Assembly (NCBI GenBank): GCA_031291445.1
Contig: JARLJA010000004.1
Location: 2,754 to 66,753, forward strand
DNA length: 64,000 nucleotides
Source: Xanthobacteraceae bacterium
GTDB lineage: Bacteria > Pseudomonadota > Alphaproteobacteria > Rhizobiales > Xanthobacteraceae
Reading direction: 5' to 3'
Below are positions 8,579 to 18,092 of this stretch, in pieces. The translations under genes and the position numbers were made by a program. The notes beneath the pieces were generated by a model. That model was not told the origin of the DNA. It did not search any database and was given only the letters and a program-made list of their open reading frames with translations. How positions within the stretch are numbered: position 1 is the stretch's first letter; the number at the start of each line of letters is the position of its first letter.

Positions 8579-9633
8579 CACGCCGCGACGCACTTGGCGA
8601 AGCCGTCGCGGATCGCCTGCTCCGGCAGGTCGCGGCCGATGAACACCACCCGGCTCTCGCGCGCTTCGCCGTCGTTCCATTTGCGCTGGTGGTCGCCCTC
8701 CAGCATCATGTGGACGCCCTGGAAGACGTAGCGCTCGTCGTCGTCCTTGAACGCCAGGATGCCCTTGGAGCGCAGGATGCGGGCGCCGTCGCGCGCCACC
8801 AGGTCCTGCAGCCAGGTCATGAACTTGTCGGCATCGACCGGCTGGTCGGTCCGCAGCGACAGCGACTGCATGTCCTCGTCGTGATAGTGCTTCAGCCCGT
8901 GGCCATGATCGTGGTGATGGTGGCCGTGGTCATGGTCATGATCGTGGTCATGATCATCGCCGGCTTCGAGGAAGTCCGGCTCGATGTCGAGGATGCGGTC
9001 GAGATCGAAGGCATTGCGCTCCAGCACGTCGGCGAGCGCCACTTGGCAGCGCTCGGTGCGGTGCAGCTTGGCATAGGGGTTGATGGCGCGGATGCGGGCC
9101 TCGACCTCGGCGAGTTCGGACGCCGAGACCAGGTCGGTCTTGTTGAGCACGATGACGTCGGCGAAGGCGATCTGGTTCTTGGCCTCGGGGGCGTCCTTCA
9201 GCCGTTCGCTCAGCCACTTGGCGTCGGCCACCGTGACCACTGCGTCGAGCCGCGCCTTGGTCTGCACGTCTTCGTCGACGAAGAAGGTCTGGGCCACCGG
9301 CGCGGGATCGGCGAGCCCGGTGGTTTCCAGGATGATGGCGTCGAACTTGCCGCGCCGCTTCATCAGCCCTTCCATGATGCGCACGAGGTCGCCGCGCACG
9401 GTGCAGCAGACGCAGCCGTTGTTCATCTCGAACACTTCCTCGTCGGCGCCGATGACGAGGTCGTTGTCGATGCCGATCTCGCCGAATTCGTTGACGATCA
9501 CCGCGTATTTCTTGCCGTGGTTTTCCGACAGGATGCGGTTGAGCAGCGTGGTCTTGCCGGCGCCGAGATAGCCGGTCAGCACGGTGACGGGGATCTTGTC
9601 GGAGGCGGACGAGGGAGCGGGCGCAGCGGACAT
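8578..9633 (-). CDS. COG0523 (CobW/YeiR/ZigA-like) G3E metallochaperone GTPase
   Basis: GYLGAGKTT Walker A, GCVCC metal motif, ETTGLADP, NKTD, His/Asp-rich linker, CobW_C domain. Confidence 0.93.
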   Translation of the reverse strand: MSAAPAPSSASDKIPVTVLTGYLGAGKTTLLNRILSENHGKKYAVIVNEFGEIGIDNDLVIGADEEVFEMNNGCVCCTVRGDLVRIMEGLMKRRGKFDAIILETTGLADPAPVAQTFFVDEDVQTKARLDAVVTVADAKWLSERLKDAPEAKNQIAFADVIVLNKTDLVSASELAEVEARIRAINPYAKLHRTERCQVALADVLERNAFDLDRILDIEPDFLEAGDDHDHDHDHDHGHHHHDHGHGLKHYHDEDMQSLSLRTDQPVDADKFMTWLQDLVARDGARILRSKGILAFKDDDERYVFQGVHMMLEGDHQRKWNDGEARESRVVFIGRDLPEQAIRDGFAKCVAA

Positions 9634-9667
9634 GGAAACTCCGGATCGGGGCGGGATACAGGCCAGC

Positions 9668-10570
9668 CTAGCGGGCCAGGGCATCGGTCAGGGCCTTTAT
9701 ATTGTGCCTGACCAGGTCAATGTAAGTAGGGGCGGCGCCGTTTTCGGCGGTCAGGGAATCGGAATACAGCGTGCCGCCGATCCTGGCCCCGGTCTCGGCG
9801 GCGATCTGGCGCATCAGCCGCGGATCGGAAATGTTCTCCAGAAACACCGCCGGAACCGCTTCGGCCTTGACCTGCCGGACGATGGCGGCGAGGTCGCGGG
9901 CGCTGACCTCGCTGTCGGTCGAGACCCCCTGCGGCGCGATGAAGGCAATACCGTAGGCGTCGGCGAAGTAGCCGAAGGCGTCGTGGGTGGAGATCACCCG
10001 CCGGCGTGAGGCCGGAATCCGTTCGACCGCGGCGCGCACCTCGCGGTCGAGGTCGTCGAGGCGGGCGAGATAGGCTTCCGCATTGCTCCGGTAGACCGCG
10101 GTGCCGGCCGGATCGGCAGCGATCAGCGCGTCACGGATGTTGGCGACATAGACCTTGGCATCGGGGACCGACTGCCAGGCGTGGGGATCGACGTCATGGC
10201 TGGCCTGCCCCGCGGGCCGGCGCGGCGCGATGCCGTCGGTCGCGGTGACGATCCTGGCGCGGTTACCGGCGGCTGATACCAGCCGCGGCAGCCAGCCCTC
10301 GAGCCCGAGGCCGTTGATGATCACCAGCCTTGCCTCGCCGACCCGCCGCACGTCGTCGGGCGTCGGGCGGTAGACGTGGCTGTCGCCGTCGGGGCCGACC
10401 AGCGTGGTGAGCGCGATGCGGTCACCGCCGACCTCGCGCGCGAAGTCGCCGACGATCGAGAAGCTCGCCACCACGTTGAGGCGCGCCTCGGCGGCGGCCA
10501 GTGCCGTGGCGAGCGCCGCCATCGCCAGTCCCAAGAGCCCACCGACCAGGCCCCTGCCGCGCGATGCCAT
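9668..10570 (-). CDS. Zn/Mn ABC transporter substrate-binding protein (ZnuA/AztC/TroA-like)
   Basis: Signal peptide; DSHVY, NGLGLEGW, DPHAWQS, HDAFGYF, LYSDSL. Confidence 0.92.
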   Translation of the reverse strand: MASRGRGLVGGLLGLAMAALATALAAAEARLNVVASFSIVGDFAREVGGDRIALTTLVGPDGDSHVYRPTPDDVRRVGEARLVIINGLGLEGWLPRLVSAAGNRARIVTATDGIAPRRPAGQASHDVDPHAWQSVPDAKVYVANIRDALIAADPAGTAVYRSNAEAYLARLDDLDREVRAAVERIPASRRRVISTHDAFGYFADAYGIAFIAPQGVSTDSEVSARDLAAIVRQVKAEAVPAVFLENISDPRLMRQIAAETGARIGGTLYSDSLTAENGAAPTYIDLVRHNIKALTDALAR

Positions 10571-11440
10571 TCAGGCCTCCAGGTGTGGCGCCGGGAACAG
10601 GCGCGACCACAGGCCGCCGGCGCGGCCGAATACCAGCGACAGGAAGTAGAGCGCCGCCGCCACCAGGATGATCGCGGGACCGGCCGGCACGCGGGTGTGG
10701 AACGACAGCACCAGCCCGGCATAGCCCGACGCCGCGGCGGCGGCCACCGCGACCGCGAGCATGGCGGTGATGTCGCGCGACCAGAACCTGGCGATGCCGG
10801 CGGGCAGCACCATCAGGCCGACCGCGAGCAGCGTCCCCAGCGCCTGGAAGCCGTTGACGAGATTGACCACCACCAGCGCCAGGAAGACGAGGTGCACCGG
10901 CGCGCCGGCGCGGCTCACCGCTCGCAGGAACAGCGGGTCGACGCACTCGACCACCAGCGGCCGCCAGATCACCGCAAGGACCACCAGCGTGAGGGTGGCG
11001 TTGAAGGCGATCACCATGAGCGTCGCGCCGTCCATCGCCAGCACGTCGCCGAACAGCACGTGCAGCAGGTCGATGTTGGTGCCGCGGATCGACACGATCG
11101 CCACGCCGAGCGCGAGCGAGATCAGGTAGAACGCGGCGAGCGTCGCGTCTTCGCGCAGTTCGGTGTCGCGCGTCACCAGGCCGGCGAGAATGGCCACGGA
11201 AAACCCGGCGATCAGGCCGCCGAAGGTCATCGCGAACAGGTTGAGGCCCGAGACCAGGAAACCGATGGCCGCGCCGGGCAGGATCGCGTGCGCCATGGCG
11301 TCACCGACCAGGCTCATGCGTCGGAGCAGCAGGAGCACGCCGATCGGCGCGCCGCCCAGCGCAAGCGCGAAGACGCCGACCAGCGCGCGGCGCATGAACT
11401 CGAATTCGGCGAACGGGGAAAACAGCGCGTCGACGATCAT
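10571..11440 (-). CDS. Zn/Mn ABC transporter permease (ZnuB/AztB-like)
   Basis: RRMSLVGDAMAHAILPG ABC-3 signature; multiple TM helices. Confidence 0.92.
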   Translation of the reverse strand: MIVDALFSPFAEFEFMRRALVGVFALALGGAPIGVLLLLRRMSLVGDAMAHAILPGAAIGFLVSGLNLFAMTFGGLIAGFSVAILAGLVTRDTELREDATLAAFYLISLALGVAIVSIRGTNIDLLHVLFGDVLAMDGATLMVIAFNATLTLVVLAVIWRPLVVECVDPLFLRAVSRAGAPVHLVFLALVVVNLVNGFQALGTLLAVGLMVLPAGIARFWSRDITAMLAVAVAAAAASGYAGLVLSFHTRVPAGPAIILVAAALYFLSLVFGRAGGLWSRLFPAPHLEA

Positions 11441-11446
11441 GGCGGA

Positions 11447-12202
11447 TCAGGCCGCCCGCGACGGCGCCGCGCAGGCGGCGGCATGATCGTCGAAGGCTTC
11501 GCACATGCGCCGCGCCGCCAGCATGTTGTCGGCGGTCAGCACCTGCGCCGTTGCGCCCCACGCGACCGGCGTGCGTGCCAGCAGCAGGGTCTGGGGAAAC
11601 CGCGCCCTGACCAGGTCGAGGTCGTGCAGCGCCACCACGATGGTGCGACCCTCGCCGTGCCAGTGCGCGACCAGCGCGAACAGGTCCTCGACGGTCTTGC
11701 TGTCGATGGCATTGAACGGCTCGTCGAGCACGATCACCGAGGCGTCCTGCAGCAGCATCCGGGCGAACAGCATGCGCTGGGTCTGGCCCCCCGACAGCGT
11801 GCCGATGCCGCGGCGCTCGAACCCGTTCAACCCGACGGCCGAGAGCGCGTGGCCGATCCGGCCACGCTCCGCCTCGCCGATGCGCCCGAAGGCGCCGCGC
11901 GTCCGCCACAGGCCGGTGGAGACGAAATCGAAGACGGGAATCGGGAAGCTGCGATCGATCTCGGCGATCTGCGGCAGATAGGCGATGTCGCGCGGGTCGA
12001 GACCGTTGCGGGCGATGGTGCCGGCCAGCGGCGGCAGAATGCCGGCGATGGCCCGCAACAGGGTCGATTTGCCGGCGCCGTTGGGCCCGATCACCGCCAG
12101 CAGCGCGCCGGCCTCGACCGTGCCGGTGAGGTGATGGACCGCGGGGTGGCGCTCGTAGCCAAGCGTCAGGTCATCGAACGTCAGCTGGGAGACGGCGGTC
12201 AT
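11447..12202 (-). CDS. Zn/Mn ABC transporter ATPase (ZnuC/AztA-like)
   Basis: GPNGAGKST, LSGGQ, LDEP, VALHD. Confidence 0.92.
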   Translation of the reverse strand: MTAVSQLTFDDLTLGYERHPAVHHLTGTVEAGALLAVIGPNGAGKSTLLRAIAGILPPLAGTIARNGLDPRDIAYLPQIAEIDRSFPIPVFDFVSTGLWRTRGAFGRIGEAERGRIGHALSAVGLNGFERRGIGTLSGGQTQRMLFARMLLQDASVIVLDEPFNAIDSKTVEDLFALVAHWHGEGRTIVVALHDLDLVRARFPQTLLLARTPVAWGATAQVLTADNMLAARRMCEAFDDHAAACAAPSRAA

Positions 12203-12384
12203 CACGAGACCAGCCAGACCGTCAGCCAGAGGCCGGCGCTGAGGCCGATGGCGAGGCCAAGCCGCGCCCCCATGCCCATCCGCAGCAGTGACCACGGCAG
12301 CGGCTGGGCCGGGTGCGCGTGCGGCGCATGGCCATGATCGTGGGCATGGGCGGGGTCCGGGAGGGGGGCCAAGGGCGGGTCCAT
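12202..12384 (-). CDS. His-rich 60-aa peptide with a C-terminal TM helix; first gene of the zinc operon
   Basis: MDPPLAPLPDPAHAHDHGHAPHAHPAQPLPWSLLRMGMGARLGLAIGLSAGLWLTVWLVS; stop overlaps the ATPase ATG. Confidence 0.7.
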   Translation of the reverse strand: MDPPLAPLPDPAHAHDHGHAPHAHPAQPLPWSLLRMGMGARLGLAIGLSAGLWLTVWLVS

Positions 12385-12392
12385 CGCTGTCC

Positions 12393-12415
12393 GAAATGTT
12401 ATAATATTACATTTT
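12393..12415. promoter_or_regulatory. Zur box
   Basis: GAAATGTTATAATATTACATTTT near-palindrome matching the Zur consensus GAAATGTTATAnTATAACATTTC, 8 bp upstream of the zinc operon start. Confidence 0.88.
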
Positions 12416-12485
12416 TGACGGAAGCAACCCTGGGGAACGGGCCAGGGCCCAAATGCCCCGGGGTGCCGACCGAGGGGAACCCGGT

Positions 12486-12860
12486 TCAGGTAAGCTGACG
12501 CATCAGGGTCAAGCCGGCAAACAGCCCCAGAATGGCCAGCGCAACCGACCCGATCACGTAAAACGCCGCCAGCGCAAGCTCTCCGCGCTCGTACAGCAGG
12601 ATGGAATCCAGCGAAAAGGCCGAGAACGTGGTGTAGCCCCCCAGGACCCCGGTCATGATGAACAGTCGCCAGGGCTGGGCGGCATCGCCCTTGAAGGCGA
12701 GATAGCCGGCGATCAGCCCCATCACCAGCGAGCCCGAGATGTTGATGATGAACGTGCCGTAGGGAAAGGCGGTGCCGAACGCCCGGCCGCTGGCGACATT
12801 GACCGCGTGGCGCAGGGCCGCGCCGAGCCCGCCGCCCACGAAAACCAGAAGATAGTTCAT
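12486..12860 (-). CDS. crcB: Fluoride efflux channel Fluc/CrcB
   Basis: GGGLGAALRH, GTFIINISG, GVLGGYTTFSAF. Confidence 0.93.
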   Translation of the reverse strand: MNYLLVFVGGGLGAALRHAVNVASGRAFGTAFPYGTFIINISGSLVMGLIAGYLAFKGDAAQPWRLFIMTGVLGGYTTFSAFSLDSILLYERGELALAAFYVIGSVALAILGLFAGLTLMRQLT

Positions 12861-12963
12861 GGTCGCTCCGAACAAGATCCCGACTCGACCCGTTCTGTCT
12901 ACCGTGACGCCGCAGCCCGGGATACCGGGTTTGTGTCACGGGCACGACGGGGTGAACAGTCGC

Positions 12964-12989
12964 AAAAAAGCGGCCCCGAACGGGGCCGC
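12964..12989 (-). terminator. Intrinsic terminator after sodB
   Basis: Minus strand reads gcggcccc-gttc-ggggccgc-tttttt. Confidence 0.85.
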
Positions 12990-13038
12990 TCTCGATCAGT
13001 GAAGAATGCCGTTCCTGGAACGGCCGAAGCCAGATGGC

Positions 13039-13638
13039 TCAGCCAGCCTTGCTGAACAGCTGCTCGACGTAGTCCCAGTTCACGAGGTTCTCGACGAAGG
13101 CTTTGAGGTAGTCCGGCCGGCGATTGCGGTAGTCGATGTAGTAGGAGTGCTCCCACACGTCGACGCCGAGGATCGGGGTCGCGCCGTGGACCAACGGGCT
13201 CTCGCCGTTGGCGGTCTTCGAGATTTCGAGCTTGCCGTTCTTCACCGACAGCCAGGCCCAGCCGGAGCCGAACTGGCCGACGCCGGCGGCGATGAAGTCC
13301 TCCTTGAACTTGGCGTAGCCGCCGAGATCGGAATCGATCTGCTTCTGCAGGCGGCCGGGCAGCTTGTCGCCGCCGCCGTTCGGCTTCATCCAGTTCCAGA
13401 AGTGGAGGTGATTGAAGTGCTGGCCGGCATTGTTGAAGAGCGGCGCATTCTTGCCGAACGATCCCTTCACGATCTCCTCGAGGGATTTGCCCTCGAGTTC
13501 GGTGCCTTTCAGCAGGTTGTTGCCGTTGGTGACATAGGCCTGATGGTGCTTGTCGTGATGATACTCCAGGGTTTCCTTCGACATATAGGGCTGGAGCGCA
13601 TCGTAGGCGTAAGGCAGGTCGGGGAGTTTGAAGGTCAT
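13039..13638 (-). CDS. sodB: Fe/Mn superoxide dismutase
   Basis: HHDKHH, FNNAGQHFNH, QFGSGWAWL, DVWEHSYY. Confidence 0.93.
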   Translation of the reverse strand: MTFKLPDLPYAYDALQPYMSKETLEYHHDKHHQAYVTNGNNLLKGTELEGKSLEEIVKGSFGKNAPLFNNAGQHFNHLHFWNWMKPNGGGDKLPGRLQKQIDSDLGGYAKFKEDFIAAGVGQFGSGWAWLSVKNGKLEISKTANGESPLVHGATPILGVDVWEHSYYIDYRNRRPDYLKAFVENLVNWDYVEQLFSKAG

Positions 13639-13801
13639 GGGAATGTCCGCGGTGATGGGGTACAGGCGTTCAACGCGGAACCGTTATAGAAGTTTCCGCG
13701 CCGCTTGGATATGGGGTGATGAACGCACCGGCGCCCGTGCAAAATGGCAATAATCGTGGAGCTGAGCCCGAATTATGGGCATCGGACATCGAGAGGACGA
13801 C

Positions 13802-14341
13802 ATGGAGATCGGCCCGGATATCGACATCGGCCTCGAAAGCGGCGACGCGGCCTGGCCGAAGGTCGAGCCCTTGATGCAGGCAGCCTGGCCGGACGCGGTC
13901 CGGGCGACCCTGCCCTGGGGCCATATCGTGTTCGCCCACGCCGATTTCCGCGTCCTGGTCGAGCGCGAGGACGACGGCGTCGTGGGCCATGTCGGGATCT
14001 ATCGCCGGCGGGCGAGCCTCAACGGCAGGCCGGTTCATATCGGCGGCATCGGCGGGGTGGTCACGCGGGCCGACCATCGGCGCCGCGGCTACGCCACCGT
14101 GGCGCTCAATGCCGCGATCGCGACCCTGAAACATGAAGGCTCGATCGGCTTCGGCCTGTTGTTCTGCGCCCCCCATAACGAGGCGTTCTATCGCGCGCGG
14201 GGCTGGCATGATTTCGCCGGCGAGGTGGTCGCCGAGCAGCCTGGCGGACAGGTTCGCTTCGACGTCATGAAGCCAATGGTATTCGATCTGGTGCTGCGGC
14301 CGCGCAGCGGGACGCTCGACCTGCACGGCCTGCCCTGGTAG
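13802..14341 (+). CDS. GNAT acetyltransferase (AAC(2')/Eis N-terminal-like)
   Basis: VGHVGIY, IGGIGGVVT...RRRGYA, FYRARGW; gagagga RBS. Confidence 0.75.
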   Translation: MEIGPDIDIGLESGDAAWPKVEPLMQAAWPDAVRATLPWGHIVFAHADFRVLVEREDDGVVGHVGIYRRRASLNGRPVHIGGIGGVVTRADHRRRGYATVALNAAIATLKHEGSIGFGLLFCAPHNEAFYRARGWHDFAGEVVAEQPGGQVRFDVMKPMVFDLVLRPRSGTLDLHGLPW

Positions 14342-14492
14342 CGCGGCGGGGGCATGCGCGGCGCGCGTGGACCGCATTCCATTTGGCGGCTTGCCCGCTC
14401 CCCTTGCCCCTGTCAGACCACCCAGCGCATCGACGCCAAAGCCGGATCAACCGGCGGGCGATCTCGACTGAAGGGAAGAAACGGGACGCGGC

Positions 14493-15914
14493 ATGTCCGA
14501 TCCGGGGATTCTGGAGTTCGACGCGGCTCTGCTGCGGATCGCGGCTCTGTCAACCGCCAATCCGCTGCTGGACGGCCCGATCCTCCCCACGCTGCTCGGG
14601 CTCGCCGGGCCCAACGTGGTGGCGCTCAGCGTCAGCGTGTGCGTCAGCATCGCCGAAACCTCGTATGTCGGCATTCTCGGCACCGAGCCGCTGGCCGCCA
14701 TGGCGCTGGTGTTTCCCTTCGTGATCCTGACCATGACCATGTCGAGCGGCGCCATGGGCGGCGGCGTCGCCTCGGCGATCGCCCGCGCGCTCGGTGCCGG
14801 CGACACCGCCCGGGCCGCGATGCTCGCGCTGCACGCGCTGATGATCGGCACCTGTTTCGGCGCCGTGTTCACCGTCGTCATGCTGACCTTCGGGCCGCGA
14901 CTGCTCGCGTTGATGGGCGGGCACGACCGCGTCCTTGCCGAGGCGGTGGGCTACACCACCATCTTCTTCAGCGGCGCCATCGTGCCGTGGCTGATGAACA
15001 CGATCCTGTCGATCCTGCGCGGCACCGGCAACATGCGGATGCCGTCGGCGCTGATCCTGCTCGCCGCCACCGTCCAGATCGCGCTCGGCGGGCTGCTCGG
15101 GCTCGGCTTCGGGCCGATTCCGCGCTTCGGCATGCGCGGCGTGGCGAGCGGCACCCTGATCGCCTTCACTGCCTGCCTCGCCATCGCGGCGTGGATTCTG
15201 TTCAGCGGGCGCAGCCGCCTGAACCTCGCGACCGCCCCGCTGCGATTTCGCCGCGAGATGTTTGTCGACATTCTCAAGGTCGGCGCGATCGCCTGTTTCT
15301 CGCCGCTGCAGTCGGTGCTCACCATCGCGATCCTGACCCAGCTTCTTTCGCGCTTCGGCACCGAGGTTCTCGCCGCCTACGGCATCGGAGCCCGGCTCGA
15401 GTTCCTGCTGACCTCGGTGGCCTTCGCCGTCGGCATCGCCTCGGTGCCGATGATCGGCATGGCGATCGGCGCGGGGCGCACGGTTCGCGCGCGACGTGTC
15501 GCCTGGACCGGCGGCGCGATCTCGTTCACCGCCGTTGCAGCCGTCGGCGCGCTGGTCGCCGTGTTCCCCTGGCTGTGGGTCGCGCTGTTTACGAGCGACC
15601 CCGGCGTGCGCGCGGCGAGCTTCCGCTATCTGGCAATCGCGGCGCCGATGTATGCATTCATCGGCCTGAACAGTTCGCTGTATTTCTCGTCCCAGGGCGC
15701 GGCCAGGATCCTCGGCCCGGTGCTGGCCCAGACCGCGCGGCTCGTCTTCATCGCGGCCGGCGGCGCGCTGTTGATCGCAGCGCAGGCCGGCGCGACGAGC
15801 TTCTACCTGCTGTCGGGAGGCTCGATGGTCCTGCTGGGAGTGGCCTGCGCGGCCGCCGTCAAGCTCACGCCATGGGGCAGCGACGCGCACGATCCGCGGG
15901 AATCGAAGGTCTAA
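14493..15914 (+). CDS. MATE family efflux transporter
   Basis: About 12 TM helices in two repeats; LRGTGNM, AAYGIGARLE. Confidence 0.88.
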   Translation: MSDPGILEFDAALLRIAALSTANPLLDGPILPTLLGLAGPNVVALSVSVCVSIAETSYVGILGTEPLAAMALVFPFVILTMTMSSGAMGGGVASAIARALGAGDTARAAMLALHALMIGTCFGAVFTVVMLTFGPRLLALMGGHDRVLAEAVGYTTIFFSGAIVPWLMNTILSILRGTGNMRMPSALILLAATVQIALGGLLGLGFGPIPRFGMRGVASGTLIAFTACLAIAAWILFSGRSRLNLATAPLRFRREMFVDILKVGAIACFSPLQSVLTIAILTQLLSRFGTEVLAAYGIGARLEFLLTSVAFAVGIASVPMIGMAIGAGRTVRARRVAWTGGAISFTAVAAVGALVAVFPWLWVALFTSDPGVRAASFRYLAIAAPMYAFIGLNSSLYFSSQGAARILGPVLAQTARLVFIAAGGALLIAAQAGATSFYLLSGGSMVLLGVACAAAVKLTPWGSDAHDPRESKV

Positions 15915-17083
15915 CCCGCCTTCATCGCCACCGCCGCCGAGGCGTAGCCGCCGCGCGCGCCATCGATGAAATGGACGTGATTGCTGCGGCTCGCCGCCGG
16001 CGTGAAGCAGGTCATCATCGCCGCGTCCTGGCGATAAAGACCATGGCGCACGATGCCGGCCGCCGCCGCCCGCGCCAGCCGGCGCTCGATCTCGTCGGCG
16101 AGCTCCGGCGTACAGTCCAGCACCATGCGCAGCGCATCGTCGTATTTGCGGAAGTCGGAATTGGCGACCACCTGGTTGGTATAGATGCGCGGATCGAAGC
16201 CTCCGACCGTGATGCCGAAACGCATGATCAGATAGGCGAACAGCGTGAATCCCAGGAGCCTGACGCGGCGCACCAGCAGCGGACCGCGCTGCCGTGCGCG
16301 CGCCTCGTAATCGAGCCCCTGCGGCGGCCATTTCAGCGGCGGACCTTCGCCCGGCACCGGCCGCCCCATGTCCGGACTTCGCTCGACCAGCGTGATCACG
16401 TCCTCGATGGTCGCGCGAAATGCGTCGCTGGCGCCGCCGCGCCCCGGCACGACGAGGAGCGACAGGATCACGCCGCGGCTCGCCGCGATCTCCTCGAACC
16501 GGCACGACAGTCCGGACAGATCCGGCAGGGCCCCGGGCGACGCCGCGGCCACCGCGAATTCGCCGCGCTTCATGGCGGCTTCCGCCCACGGCAGACCGCC
16601 GCCGGAGAACATCGCATAGGTGACATAGGGCGACGGCGCGAAGCGCGCGACCCGCACGTCGAGACCCGCGGCGCGCACCGCCGCGACGGGGATCACGGCG
16701 ACCCGCATGGCAAGGTCGAGATCCTGCCGAACCCAGGCCGCCGTGGCCGCGAGCGCCTGCCGCGCCAGCTCGCCGTCCCCGGACGGAATCGCAAAGGTCG
16801 ATCCGTCGCCGCCGAAAACGAACGGAAATTCCCGCCCTTCCAGGGCGTTGGTGACGGCGGCAATGACCGCGGCGCCGGCCATGTTGACGGCCTTGTAGCG
16901 CTTCGCCGCGATCGCCCCGGTTGAATCGACGATGTCGGCAATGCCGATCATCCAGTCATCGGGCAGCGGCTTGTAGAGCGCCGGATCCATCAGCTTCGCA
17001 AAACCGCGAAACACCGGGACCTGATCGTAGAACGAATCGCGCGCGACGATGCCGGCCACCTTGGGGCCCCCCGAAAGCTGCAT
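15911..17083 (-). CDS. DUF3095 family protein
   Basis: LPDDW, ADIVDST, YKAVNMAGA, FVFGGDG, NSDFRKYDD, HFIDGARGGY. Confidence 0.75.
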   Translation of the reverse strand: MQLSGGPKVAGIVARDSFYDQVPVFRGFAKLMDPALYKPLPDDWMIGIADIVDSTGAIAAKRYKAVNMAGAAVIAAVTNALEGREFPFVFGGDGSTFAIPSGDGELARQALAATAAWVRQDLDLAMRVAVIPVAAVRAAGLDVRVARFAPSPYVTYAMFSGGGLPWAEAAMKRGEFAVAAASPGALPDLSGLSCRFEEIAASRGVILSLLVVPGRGGASDAFRATIEDVITLVERSPDMGRPVPGEGPPLKWPPQGLDYEARARQRGPLLVRRVRLLGFTLFAYLIMRFGITVGGFDPRIYTNQVVANSDFRKYDDALRMVLDCTPELADEIERRLARAAAAGIVRHGLYRQDAAMMTCFTPAASRSNHVHFIDGARGGYASAAVAMKAG

Positions 17084-17345
17084 CGGGACATTTGGCAGTG
17101 TTCGCGCCGTTTACGCAAGATTGACCGCTCGGGCGGCTTCAACCATCGCAGGCCGAGCCTGCGGGCCGGTCAGCGGCCCATGGACGACCGCCTTGCATCG
17201 GCGCCGAAATCCTGCCATCCAATCGGACCACACCATCGCCCGTTAGCAGCCGTGGATACCGCCGCCGCAGGACCATGTGGCGTTGCAGCGGCATTGCTCG
17301 GCGACTTTCGTATTTGCTGCGGTCCACCTTGATAGCGGTCTTCCC

Positions 17346-17810
17346 ATGCCCTCCACTCGACGCACGCTTCTCGCCCGGTTTCATACCCTCGGCCTGATCG
17401 GGCCGCTCCTGCTCGTCGCCATCTGTTCGGGGCATGCCGCCGAACCGGGCCCCAACGGCGTCTGGCTGACGGAGAAGGGCGATGCCCGCGTGCAGGTCAG
17501 CCGCTGCGGAGCGAATCTCTGTGGCAAGGTGGTCTGGTTGAAGGAGCCGATCGATCCGGCGACCGGCAAGGCTCAAGTCGACGACAAGAATCGCAACGCT
17601 GCGCTCAGAAACCGCCCGATCCTCGGGCTTCAGCTTTTCATCGGCATGCGAACCGTCGGGCCGAACGCGTGGTCCGGCCAGATCTACAACGCCGACGACG
17701 GCCAGATCTACGACAGTAAGGTCACGCAAAACGGCCCCGATCGCCTCGAGGTGCGCGGCTGCGTCGGTCCGCTGTGCGGCGGCGAAACCTGGACCAAGGT
17801 GTCGCGCTGA
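17346..17810 (+). CDS. DUF2147 family secreted protein
   Basis: Signal peptide; GVWLTEKGDARV, CGKVVWL, WSGQIYNADDG, RGCVGPLC. Confidence 0.85.
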   Translation: MPSTRRTLLARFHTLGLIGPLLLVAICSGHAAEPGPNGVWLTEKGDARVQVSRCGANLCGKVVWLKEPIDPATGKAQVDDKNRNAALRNRPILGLQLFIGMRTVGPNAWSGQIYNADDGQIYDSKVTQNGPDRLEVRGCVGPLCGGETWTKVSR

Positions 17811-17843
17811 CGGTTATTCGCCAGCGCGCTGGTTCTGGCCCGG

Positions 17844-18092
17844 CTAGCGGCGGTGACCGAGGCGAATTCCCAGTGCCATCGCCTTCTGCCGCAACGAGCC
17901 TTCGGTGCGCTTCATCGCCTTGGCAATAGCCTTGATCGGCGTCTTGGCCTTGGAATGTTGCCTGAGCGTCTTGACGTCAGCGGTCGTGTAGGCAACGCGA
18001 ACCCGCTTTTTTGCTTTCGCCCGGCCGGCGGTCTTGCGCGCCGACTTGGCCGTGGTTGTGGTTCGGGTCTTCCGTGAAACTGTTCTGGCCAT
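17844..18092 (-). CDS. Small, highly basic protein: K/R/T/A-rich tail plus a Myb/GcrA-like HTH
   Basis: 82 aa with very few acidic residues; YTTADVKTLRQHSKAKTPIKAIAKAMKRTEGSLRQKAMALGI. Confidence 0.75.
   Translation of the reverse strand: MARTVSRKTRTTTTAKSARKTAGRAKAKKRVRVAYTTADVKTLRQHSKAKTPIKAIAKAMKRTEGSLRQKAMALGIRLGHRR

Noticed and set aside
12861-13038. Fluoride riboswitch expected upstream of crcB
   Set aside because: No GGnGATGG...CC / GCTRATGAC pattern found by eye; only the sodB terminator is evident.
14354-16924. 856-aa plus-strand ORF
   Set aside because: Off-frame/antisense shadow of MATE and DUF3095; Arg/Gly/Ala-rich with no motifs, as is typical of high-GC DNA.
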